Below are positions 1 to 12,931 of a DNA stretch of 64,000 nucleotides, in pieces (the stretch's first letter is position 1; each line of letters starts with the position of its first letter). The notes below the pieces were generated by a model. The model was not told where the DNA came from. It searched no databases and saw only the letters and a program-made list of their open reading frames with translations. This DNA is from the human T2T-CHM13v2.0 reference genome, Homo sapiens. The position numbers were made by a program, and so were the translations under genes. The DNA lies in NCBI RefSeq assembly GCF_009914755.1, contig NC_060941.1. One strand, given 5' to 3'.

Positions 1-909
1 TATAAAAGGCTATTATTTACATTTTTACTATTTATAATAGTTTTAAGGCTAATTCTTCTGAGTTTTATAGGCATACAATTATATAATTTGTAAATAATGA
101 GATTACTTCCTTCTTTCTATGTTTTATAACCTTTTTATTCCTTTGTCATATGTAATTGATTCAGTTAGTATCTCTATGTTAAATTAAATAATGACAGTAT
201 TAGCAGACATCCTTATTTTGTTCCTTTTTTTAATGGTAGAGTTATTAGTGTGTTTCCATTAAGTGTACTATTGGCCTATGGATAGATATATAGCTTTATC
301 TATTTCTATTCCATTTAGTTTTTTATTTGGTCAATAACAGATATTGAATATTATTATTAATAGATGGCTTCTAAGTATCTTTGAAGAAGCTCTCATGATC
401 TTTCACTATCAAATAAAATACATTAATCAATTTCTGATATCAAATTATCTTTTGATTATTCTTGATTATAATTCCTGATATTACTTGAACTTGGACATTG
501 ATTTTGAATATGCCTTTGTAGTCTCACATCTTATGTAAGCTTTTTTTAACATCAATATTTACAAGTGAAATTTACCTATTTTAGTAATGTTTAGTTTTCA
601 AGTGTCTGGCTTCATAAAAAGAATTGGAAATTTTACTTATTTTTCATGCCTTGAACAATTAAAATAGAATTGGAATTAAACCTTAAAGGTTTGACACAGT
701 TATTTTGTGAAATTATCTGGAATATTTTATTATGGAAAGCAGGTTTTATTTATTAACTGTATCTGTGATTTCTATTACAATTGTTCCATTTTGATTTTCT
801 TTGTCAGTCAGAGCAATCTTGTAAATGGCAAAATTGGATACTGCTCTTTCCTTCCTTCTTTTTTTCCTTCCTTCCTTTTTTCCTTCCTTCCTCCCTCCCT
901 CCTTCCTTC

Positions 910-952
<43 letters not shown>

Positions 953-1140
953 TCCTTCTTTCTTTTCTTCTTTCTTTCTTTTTCTTTCTTTCTCTCTTTC
1001 TTTCTTCTTTTTCTTTCTTTCTCTTACCTTTTTAAGGCAGTTTATTCTTTTTGTTGCTATTGTAAAGTGAAATAATTTTCCATTGTATTTTCTAACTTCT
1101 TGTGGTTTTTATATAAAAGGATATGATTAATTTCTTAATT
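1..1140 (-). mobile_element. Ancient L1 (L1M-type) ORF2 fragment, interrupted by a CT-rich repeat
   Basis: T-rich degenerate antisense L1 text, e.g. 'gcagacatccttattttgttcc', 'ttgttgctattgtaaagtgaaataattttcc'; boundaries approximate. Confidence 0.6.
845..1030. repeat. (TTCC)n/(TTTC)n polypyrimidine simple repeat
   Basis: Directly visible; source of the F/S/L-rich ORFs at 707-1075. Confidence 0.95.
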
Positions 1141-1142
1141 TG

Positions 1143-1320
1143 TTTCTCCTCCCTCCTTCTCTCTCTCTCTTTCATCTTTCTATCTTCATTCTTCCTCCCC
1201 TCCCCTCCACTCTGCTCCCCTCCCCTCTCCTCTCCTCTGCTTTTCTTTCCTTTTCCTTTCCTTTCCTTTTATTTACTTTTCCTTTCTTTTCTTTTCTTTT
1301 TCTTTCCTTCTTTCCTTTTT
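1143..1320. repeat. CT-rich low-complexity tract (degenerate tail of the adjacent Alu monomer)
   Basis: Nearly pure C/T run abutting the Alu monomer at 1321. Confidence 0.85.
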
Positions 1321-1466
1321 TGACAGGGTCGCACTCTGTTGCCCAGGCTGGAGTGCAGTGGTGCAAACATGACTCACTGCAGCCTGGACCTTCCAGGTTC
1401 AGGCGACCCTCCTGCCTTGGCCTCCTAAATTGTTGGGATTATAGGCATGAGCCACTGCACTCAGCC
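1321..1466 (-). mobile_element. Alu monomer (FRAM/AluJ-like)
   Basis: 'gacagggtcgcactctgttgcccaggctggagtgcagtgg...gggattataggcatgagccactgcactcagcc', ~145 bp. Confidence 0.85.
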
Positions 1467-1893
1467 TCTTCCTTCCTTGAGAGCATTAGTTTTTCATATC
1501 TTTAGGCTCTGAAGTTCAAGGTAAAATTGGAACTCTTTCCTTGGGTTTACTAGGCTTTCGCAGTTCATTTCCATCTCTCCAGATTCACCTCCTGCTGCAT
1601 TTCCACCAACATTCTACTTCATGATGTGCTTCTCCCACAAGTTACTTCTTCTACTTCTTCTGTGGTCATATTTGGTCATTCCTACTTTTCTATTAAAACA
1701 ATATGTCATCTGGCTTCTTAAGTATATTTGCATAGTGCTGAGCAAAGTGCAATGGTTTCTTATTCTCTTTATTTTCTCTGCATTTGTGCATATTTCTGTA
1801 TTTAATTTCTTATTTTGTGTATTTACATGCTTTTTTTCCCAATTAGGGTAGATAATATCTCTTTTTGCCTTATTTTTTAAAAAACCACTTTTG

Positions 1894-1936
<43 letters not shown>

Positions 1937-2230
1937 TTTTACTTTTTATTCTTTTTTGAGACAGTTTCCCTCTGTCACCCAGACTGGAGTGCAATGGCGT
2001 GATCTCGGCTCACTACAACTTCCGCTTCCTGGGCTCAAGCGATTCTCAATCTCCTGAGTAGCTGGCATTACAGGCATGTTCCACCATGCCCAACTAGTTT
2101 TTGTGTTTGTAGTAGAGATGGGGTTTCATTGTGTTGGCCAGGCTGGTCTTGAACTCCTGACCTAAAGTGATCCGCCCACTTCGGCCTCTCAAAGTACTGG
2201 GATTACAGGCATGAGCCACTGTGCCTGGCC
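1894..2230 (-). mobile_element. AluS with (TTTA)n tail
   Basis: Full Alu dimer; TSD-like aaaccactttttg / aaaccatttttg. Confidence 0.95.
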
Positions 2231-2552
2231 AGAAACCATTTTTGAATTTATCTATTTTACAATTTTTCCCTTTATTCTATTTTTCTACTTATTTCCCCTG
2301 ACTTAGCTAATTTCTTATTTCTGTTAATAAAGTTAATTTTGTTGTTTGTTTCTAGCTTCTGGAGTTAAATCTTTAATATATTTAATTTTTAAAAGCTTAC
2401 ATTTTTATAAGCAGTAAGGTTATGATTTTTCCCCTGAGCACTGTTTAAGTTATAACCAACAGGTTTTGATGGCAGATGTCTTTATTGCTGTTAACTTCTA
2501 TGATCTATACTTTTAATTTGGGTGACTCTTAGACCCAAGAGCTGTTTAGAAC

Positions 2553-5500
2553 TTTTTTCAACTTTTATTTTAGGTACAGGTACATGTGTAGATTTGTTAC
2601 AAGAAAACATTGTGTGATGCTGAGTTTGGAGTACAGATCCATTTACCTTGATAGTGAGCATAGCACCTGATAAATAGCTTTTTAACCCCCCTCCCATGCT
2701 ATAGTAGTCTATAGTGTCTGTTCTTCCCATATTTATGTCTATGAGTGCTTAATGCTTAGCTCCTACTTTTAAGTGAGAATATGTGGTATTTGGTTTTCTC
2801 TTCCTGTGTTGGTTTGTTCAGGATAATGGCCTCCAGCTCTACTCATGTTGTTGCAAAGGACAAGATCTATTTGGTTTTTATGGCTGCACCATATTCCATG
2901 GTTTATATGTACCACATTTTCTTTATCCAGTCTACCATTGATAGGCATTTACATTGATTCCATGTCTTTGCTATTGTGAATAGTGCTGCCATGAATATAC
3001 GTGTGTATGTGTCTTTATTATTAGATAGGATGGTTTATATTTCTTTGGGTATATACCCAATAATGGGATTGCTGAGTCAGATGGTAATTCTGTTTTTAGT
3101 TCTTTGAGATGTCTCCACATTGCTTTCTACAATGGCTGAGCTAATTTACACTCCCACCAGCAGTGTATAAGCATTGCTTGTTCTCCACAGCCTTGCCAGC
3201 ATCTGTTATTTTTTGATTTTTTAATAATAGCCATTATGACTAATATGAGATGGTACCTAATTTTGGTTTTGATTTGTATTTCTCTAATGATGAGTGATGT
3301 CAAACATTTTTTCATATGCTTGTTTGCTGCATGTATTTCTTCTTTTGAAAATTGTCTGTTCACGTCCTTTGCCCACATTTTAATGCAGTTATTTGTTTTT
3401 TGCTTGTTAATTTGTTTAAATTCCTTATAGATTCTGGATATTAGATTGTTGTTGGATGCATAGTTTGCAAATATTTTCTCTCATTCTGTAGGTTGTCTTT
3501 TTACTCTGTTGATAGTTTCTTTTGCTGTAAAGAAACTCTTTAGTTTAATTAGATCCTATTTGTTAATTTTTGTTTTCGTTGTAATTGCTTTTGGTGTCTT
3601 TGTCATGAAATCTTAGTCAGGGCCTACATCCAGAATGGTATTCCCTAGGTTATATTCCAGGGTTTTTATAGTATTAGGTTTTACATTTAAGCCTTTAATG
3701 CATCTTAAGTTGATTTTTTTGTATATGGTGTAAGGAAGCAGTCCAGTTTCAGTCTTCTGCATTTGACTAGCCGGTTATCCCAGCACCACTTATTGAATAG
3801 AAAGTCCTTTCTCTAGTGCTTGTTTTTGTCAACTTTGTCAGACACCAGATGGTTGTAGGTATGTGGCAGTATGTCTGGGATCTCTATTGTGTTCCATTGG
3901 TCTGTGTCTGTTTTGGTTACTATGCTGTTTTGGTTACTGTAGCCTTGTAATTTAGTTTGAAGTCTGGTAACATGATGCCTCCAGATTGTAATTTAGTTTG
4001 AAGTCTGGTAACATGATGCCTCCAGCTTTGTTCTTTTTACTTAATATTGCCTTGGCTATTCGAGCTCCATATTTTTTTATTCCATATGAATTTTAAAATA
4101 GTTTTCTTGAATTATGTGAAGAATGTCATTGGTAGTTTGATAAGAATAGCACTAAATCTGTAAATTACTTTGGGCACTATGGTCATTTTAACAATATTGA
4201 TTCCTCCTATCCATAAGCATGGAATGTTTTTTGTATCATGCTGTTTGTGTCATCTCTGCTTTCTATGAGCAATGTTTTTTTATTTCTCATTGTAGAGATC
4301 TTTCACCTCCCTTGTTAGCTTTATTCCTAGTTATTTTCTTCTTTTGTGGCTATTGTGAATGGGATTGCATTGTGATTTGGCTCTGCACTTGGACGTTGTT
4401 GGTGTATAGAAATGCTACTGATTTTTGTACATTGATTTTGTATTTTGAAACTGCTGAAGTTGTTTATCAGATCTAGGAGCCTTTGGCAGAGACTATGGGG
4501 TTTTCTAGGACAGAATCATATTATCTGCTGTAAAGAGATAGTTTCACTTCCTTCCTTCCAATTTGGATGAATTTTCTTTCTCTTGCCTGATTGCTCTGGC
4601 TAGGACTTACAGTACTGTATTGAATAGGAATAGTGAGAGTGGGCGTCCTTGTCTTATTCTCATTCTCAAGGGGAATGCTTCCAGCTTTTGTCCATTCAGT
4701 GCAATGTTGGCTGTGGGTTTGTTACAGATGGCTCTTATTATTTTGAGGTATGCCTAAGTTTGTTGAGGATTTTTAACATGAAAGGATGTTGACTTTTATT
4801 GAAAGCCTTTTCTGTATCTATTGAGATGATCATATGGTTTTTGTTTTTAGTTTTTTTCTATGTGATGAATCACATTTATTGATTTGCATATGTTGATCCA
4901 AACTTGCATCTCAGGAATAAAGCCCACTTGATGGTGATGTATTAGCTTTTAGATGTACTACTGGATTCGGTTTGCTAGTATTTTTTTGAGGATTTTTGCA
5001 TCTACGTTCATCAAGAATATTGTCCTGAAGTTTTATTTTTTGTTGTTGTGTCTCTTCCAGGCTTTGGTATCAGGATGATGCTGACCTCATAGAATGAGTT
5101 AAGGAGGATCCCTCCTCCTCAACTTTTTGGAACAGTTTCACTAAGAACAGGACTAGGTCTTTTTTATACATCTGGTAGAATTTGGCTGTGAATTTGTCTG
5201 GTCCTGGCCTTTTTCTGGTTTGTAGACTTTTTATTACTGATGCAATTTTGGAACTCATTATTGGTTTGTTCAGTGATTCAATTTCTTCCTGGTTTAATCT
5301 TGGGAGTATCCAGGAATTTTTCCATTTCTTCTAGATTTTCTAGTTTGTGGGTGTAGTCTCTTAGGGTTTTTGGTATTTCTGAGGGGTTAGTGGTAATGTC
5401 TCCCTTGTCATTTCTGATGTGTCTATTTAGATCTTCTCTCTTTTTTTCTTTATCAGTCTAGCTAGTAGTCTGTTGATCTTATTTATTCTTTAAGAAAACA

Positions 5501-8420
5501 AACTCCTGGATTCATTGATATTTTGTATTTTTTTTTGCATGTCAATTTTCTTCAGTTCAGCTTTGATTTTGGTTATTTCTTATCTTCTGCTAACTTTGGC
5601 ATTGCTTTGCTCTTGTTTCTCTAGTTCTTCTAGGTGTGATGTTAGGTTGTTAATATGAGATCTTTCTTTCTGATGTGGCCATTTAGCACTGTGAACTTCC
5701 CTGTTAACACAGCTTTAGTTGTGTCCCAGATATTCTGGTATGTTGTATCTTTGTTGTCATTAGTTTCAAAGAATTTCTTGATTTCTGCCTTAATTTCACT
5801 GCTTATCCAAAAGTTATTCAGAAGCAGATTGCTTAATTTCATGTAACTATGATTTTGAACAATTTTCTTAATATTGAGTTCTATTTTTATTGTGCTGGGG
5901 TCCAAGACTGTGTTTGGTATGATTACAGTTTTTAAAAAATTTGCTGAGGATTGTTTTACAGTTCATTATGTGGTCAGTTTTACAGTATATGCCACGTGTG
6001 ATGAGAAGAATATATATTCTGTTGTTTTGGGGTGAAGAGTTCTGTGGATTTCTATTGGGTCCTTTCGGTCAAGTGTCAAATTCAGGTCCCAAATATCCTT
6101 GTTAATTTTCTGCCTCAGTGTTCTGTCTAATACTGTCAATGGGGTGTTAAAGACTTCAACTATGATTATATGGTTATCTAAGTCTCTCTATTGGTCTCTA
6201 AGAACTTGCTTTATGAATCTTGGTGTTCATGTGTTGGGTACATTTATATTTTGGACAGTTAAGTTATTGGGTATACATATATCTAGAACAGTTCTTGTTG
6301 AATTGAACCTTTTACTATTATGTAATGCCCTTCTTTGTCTTTTTTTAAATCATTGTTTTTTTAAAGTCTGTTTTGTCTGAAATCAGAATAGCAACACATG
6401 CTTTTTCTGTTTTCCATTTGCTTGGTAGAATTTTCTCCATTCCTTTACTTTGAGCCTGTGGGTGTCATTGTGTGTGAGCTGGGTCTCTTGAAGGCAGCAT
6501 ACAGTTGAGTCTTGTTTCTTTATCCAGCTTACTACTCTGTACCTTTTAACTGGGGGCATTTAGCCTCTTTACATTCAAGGTTAATATTGATATGGGTGGA
6601 TTTGATTCTGTCATCATGTTGTTAGCTGGTTATGCAGACTTGAATGTGTGGTTGCTTTATAGTGTCAATGGTCTATGTACTTAAGTGTGTTTTTGTGATG
6701 GCCAGTAATGTCTTTCCTGTCCCTGTTTAACATTCCCTAAGGACTTCTTATAAGGTGGGTCTCTTGGTAAAAAATTCCTTTAGCATTTGCTTATCTGAAA
6801 AGGATCTTGTTTCTCCTTCACTTGTAAAGCTTAGTTTGGCTGGATATGAAATTCTTCATTGGAAGTTCTGTTTTGTTTTTTTTTTAAGAATGTTGAATAT
6901 AGGCCCCCAATCTCTTCTCGCTTGTAGGGTTTTTGCTGAAAGATTCATTATTAGCCTGTTGGGATTTCCTGTGTAGGTGACCTGCCCCTTCTCTCTAGTT
7001 GTCTTTAACATTTTCTTCTTTCATTTTAACCTTGAAGAATCTGATGAATATGTGTCTTGGGGATGGTTGTCTTGTATAGTATCTCACAGGTGTTCTCTGC
7101 ATTTCCTGAATTTGAACATTGCCCTCTCTAGTGAGGTTGGGGAAATCCTTATGGATGATATCTTTAAACATGTTTTCCAGGTGGTTTGCTTTTTCTCCCT
7201 CTCTTTCAGGGATCCCAGAGAGACATAGAATTGGTTGTTTTACATAACTCCATATTCTTTGGAGGCTTTGTTTATTCTTCTTTATTCTTTCTTCTTTATT
7301 TTTGTCTGACTGAGTTATTTTGGAGAACCATTATTTGAGCTCTGAGATTCTTTCCTTAGCTTGGTCAATTCTGGTGTTAATATTTGTGATATTATTATTA
7401 AATTCTTGAAGTGGGTTTTTTTTTTAGCTCAATCAGATCAGTTCTTTCTTAAAATGGCCATTTTGCTTTTATCTCTTGTATCATTTTCTTGTATTCCTTA
7501 GATTCCTTGGGTTAGGTTTTGAATTTCTCCTGAATGTCAGTGATCTTCATTCCTATCCATATTCTGAATTCTACTTTTGTCATTTCAGCAATTTCAGCCT
7601 CGTTAAGAACCATTACTGGGGAACTAGCATAGTTGTTTGGAGGTAAGAAGAAACTGTTACTTTCTGAGTTGCTAGAGTTCTTGCACTGGTTTTTTCTCAG
7701 CTATATGGGCTGATGTTCCTTCAGTCTTAGAAGTTGTTGTCCTTTGGAATTTTTTTTTTTTTTTGATTTTTTGCTTTTATCTTCTTTGATTCCCTTGGGG
7801 GTTTGATTGCGGTATAAGGTGGGTTCAGTTGACTGGATGTGTTTCTGGGAGATTTTAGGGGGTCACGGCTCAGCTCTACACTATTGGTCTGCATCCTGTA
7901 ACTCTGGGAAGCTGATATCCGGCCCCCAGCTTTGTTCTCTGGCCTCTGGAGGTTAGGAACCTGCTGTGCTGAAGGGACTGAGGCACTCTGGGTCTGCTGG
8001 CCACCCACTCTATTGGGTGGTACCAGCCAAAGCACTTTGTTGGGGGTGGTAGCAGCCAGATCTGTGCTTCCTCGTGTGTGTCAGCACAACGGGGTGCATG
8101 TGTTGGCTGGGGTGGGGTACCATCAGAAGTGGGGTTGCAGCATTCCTGTGCACACTCAGGCTGGTAGTGGGTCTCAGGCAGGGGTAGGGTTGCTGGTGTC
8201 TGTGTTCGCACTCACACCAGTGGCAGCAGCAGGAGGGTGGAGTGCTGACGGGTGCTGGGCTGCTGGTCTTTGCATGTGCTTTTGCACTGGTGGTGGTGGG
8301 AGTGTGGGGGATGGGTGGGGCAGCTGGCATCCAAGTACTTGCTCGTTTGCACTGGCAATGATGGCAGCACTGGGAGGTAGGGGGTGATGGAGGGAGGGAC
8401 AGGGTCACTGGCATCTGTAA
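2553..8420 (-). mobile_element. Large L1, older L1PA type (about L1PA13-16): 3'UTR, ORF2, ORF1, partial GC-rich 5'UTR; defective
   Basis: 3' end 'ttttattttaggtacagggtacatgtgtagatttgttac'; ORF2 peptides at 3127-3378 ([14 protein letters not shown]...HCWWECKL), 5070-5258 and 5642-5905; many stops and frameshifts. Confidence 0.93.
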
Positions 8421-9275
8421 CATTTTTTATATGCTAATAGCTACTATAAGCTCCATGAGCTCCCTGTTCACTCCCATATCCCAATATTTGGGATTTGTTA
8501 AATAAATGCTTCTTGGTGGCTTGCATTTCTTCTTAGCTAAAATTCATATTCATGGTCTTGCTCAGTCTTGTCTATTGGTTATATTACAACATCCTGTTTT
8601 TCCCATCTAGTATGTTTGCTATAATTTTTTTGCTTATTATTATTACTTATTAATTTTCGGTAATTTGTGATACCCAGAAGTTTAATTTGTGATACACAGT
8701 TTTTTTTTCAGGCAGTCATAATTTCTTTCACAGTTTTTTTCCTTTCATTTTGTGCTCAGTCTTTCAGTACCTTGAGATCAGATGAATATTCACCAATATT
8801 TTTTCTTTTTGTTTTAAGGTTTATGTCTGACTCTAAATCTTCTGTAATTTATATCAAGGGTATCCTTTGTCATCAGAACTCTAAGTTTTAAAATATATTT
8901 TATTATTTGAAAAATTATTTTTTGGTGAGAGCTGTGATGAGACTGTGAAGTGGAATATACTCAGTTTTTTTTTCCATTTAATATTTTCCAAAGTAACCTA
9001 TGACTAAACAATTCAATTCTGGCACTAACAAAAAAAAGAACCAGCATGTTAGACAAAATTGTCGGACAAATTAAATAGAACACCAAACTAGCTTCATCTA
9101 GTGAAATTTGAAAATCTCTCACTGAAGACTTGGAAAATGGGTTATATTTTGGAAATTATCACAAAAATGGATTTCACCATTTGCTTGTGAGACAGAATAA
9201 AAATAAACCAGGTTCCAGATTCAGCCCAGCAACCTTCACATATGGCTTTAAGCTAATTAAATATTTTTCTTGACA

Positions 9276-9606
9276 ACTGAACTAAAACTAAGAAGCTAAG
9301 TAATAATTATACTCATTGGTCTTCCTACATTATGGCTTTAATCAGCATTTTGTTTTAGTTTTAATACACATGAAATGGGACTCAAAATAAATGACTCTTT
9401 TTTGAACCAAGTGATTGTTGTTCCATTCAATGCTGCCACTCATCCTCATAAAACTGCCATCATTGGGGACATCTCTCAAAGTTGTCTTGTAAAATTGCCT
9501 TCAGGACTGACAATACATTCCATTTGCAGTCCTCAGTATACTTCCAGAGAGGATATAAGTTTTGACAACAGTCTAGAGAAATCTGGATTAAAGTTTGGAG
9601 CATATG
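9276..9606 (+). repeat. Copy 1 of a 331-bp direct duplication
   Basis: Ungapped alignment to 10508-10838, ~18 mismatches by manual count. Confidence 0.97.
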
Positions 9607-9664
9607 TTTGCTGGGTATGCTTGATTAATAAAAAATGAGACTACAATGTTGTATCACTTACAAC

Positions 9665-10080
9665 ATTGTGTTCAGCTTCAAATAATAGAAAAATCCACTT
9701 ATGGTAGCTTAAAAAATGAATTAATTTTTCTAACATATTAAGAAGTACAAGGCTTGTGACATGGGTATAAGTTGCTCAGTGATGTCAGGGCTCACATTGC
9801 TGCAATTCTTTTGTCTTTTACTCATGACTGCTGCCTCAGGGTCATAAGGTGACTGGTCTACTTCCAGGCATCACTTCTATATCCATGGAAGAAAGGGAAA
9901 GAGCAAAGAACATGGCCAGTGTTTTCCCCGTTTATTAGGGCAACCAATGATTGCTCCAGTGTCACTGGTCAAAACTGGGTCACACTGCCATCCCATCAGC
10001 AAGGGCACTGGGAAAGCTGGGAATAGGCTTGTCATTATTGCCTTGGACCAAGCATAATCCATAGCTTGGATTGGAGCACA
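9665..10080. mobile_element. Old MaLR LTR (MLT1-like) fragment
   Basis: MLT1-like motifs 'cactggtcaaaactgggtcacact...gcaagggcactgggaaa'. Confidence 0.5.
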
Positions 10081-10507
10081 GTGCTTTCCCAGACAAAATG
10101 GGGCTCTGACGACAAAGATGAGATGGGAATGGGGTGGTCACCAACTGTGTTTGTCACAAGTATGAATGGTTGTAGACTGGCTCTGAAGACAGTTCTAAAA
10201 AACAGTTGCAAAGTAAACTGTGGATGTCTCTTTAGATTTTTTGAAGAATACATTGATTTGGTCATGTGTGCTCTGTCACTTTATTAGAAAAATAATAGTA
10301 GTACTTTCATTCACACTTTCCATATATGTTTTGTTAGTATTTTGGTTTTGTATTTCTTATTAGGTTGCATTTTTCCTTAAGATAAGGGCTGTGTTTATTT
10401 TTTATGCTACTATGTATTTAGAATTCCATGTAATTTCTGGGCACTAGGGACATGTCTATTTAGTGATTAAATGTAAGTCAATCAATTGAATTCCACATTT
10501 ATTAATG

Positions 10508-10838
10508 ACTGAACTAAAACTAAGAAGCTAAGTAATGGTTGTACTCATTGGTCTTCCTATATTATGGCTTTAATCAGCATTTTGTTTTAGTTTTAATACA
10601 CATGAAATGGGACTCAAAATAAATGACTCTTTTGTGAACCAAGTGAGTGTTGTTCCATTCAATGCTGCCACTCATCCTCATAAAACTGCCATCATTGGGG
10701 ACATCTCTCAAAGTTGTCTTGTAAAATTGCCTTCAGGGCTGATGATACATTCTATTTGCGGTCCTCAATAAACTTCTAGAGAGGTTATAAGTTTTGACAA
10801 CAGTCTAAAGAAATCTGGATTAAAGCTTGGACCATATG
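10508..10838 (+). repeat. Copy 2 of the 331-bp direct duplication
   Basis: Matches 9276-9606 at offset 1232. Confidence 0.97.
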
Positions 10839-11464
10839 GTCCAAAATGCAACATGCTATGCTTGATATCTTACACATTCATGGACAGTTATACATGTAAC
10901 ATGCATGATTGCTAGGGGACTTATCCCAACTCAGGACATGCCAGGATGTTCTTAGCAATAGGGTTTGGCTAAAAGTCTAAGGATTGATCAGAAAACTCTG
11001 AAATCATAGAAGCCTCAGAAATACTCAAAAGCTAACTTTATTAGTGCTTTTGACTAAATATTGAACAAAGAATGAGAAGTATACTAGCTAGAACCCTTCA
11101 GCTTTATCTCAATAAGGAGATGTTCCAGATTCCTGCTTTTGACATTTATTTTTGTAGTGTTGTGCTTCAGAGTATGAATAATCCAGGGAGTTATACAGGT
11201 GTACAAACAAGCATGTGTATTCCCATGCCCAGAAAAATGAAGTTTAGGGTTGGATAGCATGAGATTTGTGTGGTAGAAGTTCCCGAGTTAAGTTAATTCC
11301 TGAGAAAAGAAACAAGGTAAATAGATGGTAGACTTGGGAGCATAAATTATTAAACATGGGTTTTAGGCAATTGCACAGAGATCCTCCCTTAGCAACATTA
11401 AATGATAAGAGAACTAAAGAACAGTAGGACTCTGTGCTATAAAAGTCCAGAAAATTGGTGAATG

Positions 11465-11870
11465 ATCCAGGATTCTTTTCTCACAAAATGGCAGGTAACC
11501 CAATCCAAACTACTCTTGTAAAAGAAGTAATTAATTGGCTCACATAATTGGTAAGGCCAGGGTCCAGCTGGATGCAGAGGTGCAAATATCTTCATTAGAA
11601 TTGGATTCTCATAGTCTCTAACTTGGTTCTGTTTTCCTTGCTATATTGGTTGCTTATCACCTAGGTTGTTTTTTTTTTCATGGGAACAAGATGGTTGTCT
11701 CAAATCCTGGTGTCGCATTCTTTGAGCCTCATATCTACAAGGAAAAGAAGCAGCTTTCTCTCCCAACAGTGAAACCAATGCCCAGAGCCTGGCTTATTGA
11801 TCTGAGTAGGGTCACATGGCATTGTATCACCAATTCCTCCCAGTGGTCAGGAGGTAGGACATACTGGTTA
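11465..11870. mobile_element. Old MaLR LTR (MLT1J/K-like)
   Basis: 'aacccaatccaaact...ttaattggctcacataattg...aagatggttg...ttgatctgagtagggtcacatg'. Confidence 0.5.
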
Positions 11871-11985
11871 GTTTCATCCACCAGTATCCACTCAAGCCCC
11901 AGGACTATCAGTAACCCTCACACTCTTTTCTTTCCAAATCATGTCAGAATATCTGCTGCTATACACCTTCTGCAGTATGCCTAGA

Positions 11986-12183
11986 ACAGTGGATCTCAAA
12001 GCGGGCTCCTTGGACCAGCAATATCAGCATCACCTGGGAACTTGCAAGAAATAATATTTTTTGGCCCCACCCCAGGCCTGCAAAGTCAGAAAACCTAGGG
12101 ATGTGACTCTCTGTGTGCTTTCTCAAATCTCAAATCTCAAATTTCTCGAATGTTTCTGGTGCACATTAAAGTTTGAGAACCAT
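11986..12183. mobile_element. MER5A hAT-Charlie MITE
   Basis: 'cagtggatctcaaag...ggaccagcaatatcagcatcacctgggaacttg...aaagtttgagaacca'. Confidence 0.85.
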
Positions 12184-12931
12184 CAGCTCGGAGAAACAGA
12201 CTCCTTATGAGAAAGAGGACTCGTTTAAGGGCAGAATACATTTTCATAGCAATAATGGCAGTTCAGCCAAAGGTCAAATTAGATAAACTTCTAGAACTAT
12301 CAAATGCCAGAAAAAGAGAGAGGAGAAAAATAACTGCAAGAGAGATTGTTGTGTGCTGTCTTGAGTATGGCTATTTTGACCCTGAAAAAATGCAAATGCA
12401 TTTTTGTTCCCTTAGCACACGCTTTGCAGTCCAGTAATAATGCATTGTAAACAGACCATATTAAAACAAACAGTTCTCTCTAGATCTTTTTTCAATATTT
12501 TCTCTAAATAGTTATTTGGTAATACACATTTTTCTGTTTTGTAGAGTCCCTAAATAGCAGAGGTTTCAGTTCAGAAGAGCCAACTCGTGCCTCCGAGTGC
12601 CAGAATGTTCGTGGAGTTTTCTTTTTACTAAATAAAGAACTGGAGCTAATGTCGACCCTGTGGTGGCACCGGGCCCTCAACCCAGTAGGAAAAATAAGGA
12701 ACTCCTAGTTCTCTTCCCTTCCTCAACCCAGAGCTGGTCTTAGACTAAATGGCGCCGAAAGGGAATCACATCCTCTGGTTTCCCATTTCTTCCTTTCTAG
12801 GCATTTGTCTTTAGAATGCTTGGATTGATGGACTTTGTCACAAAATTGGACACATGTTTTTAAACATCAGGTGACAATGCCTTCATTTATGTCACATAGC
12901 TAACAAATTCTCCTAAAGTTAAGGTTTTCCT

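Noticed and set aside
707-1505. Phe/Ser/Leu-rich ORFs resembling membrane proteins
   Set aside because: Translations of (TTTC)/(TTCC) repeats and an Alu monomer
7727-8423. Overlapping 100-150 aa ORFs on both strands
   Set aside because: GC-rich L1 5'UTR with few stops; no recognisable protein. The same applies to ORFs at 29709-31027
9276-10838. 331-bp repeats as paired LTRs of a small provirus
   Set aside because: No TG...CA termini, primer-binding site, polypurine tract or outer TSD; spacer is old host-like DNA
12750-12764. tggcgccgaaaggga resembling a tRNA-Lys primer-binding site
   Set aside because: Needs two gaps to align; no adjacent LTR end or gag-like sequence
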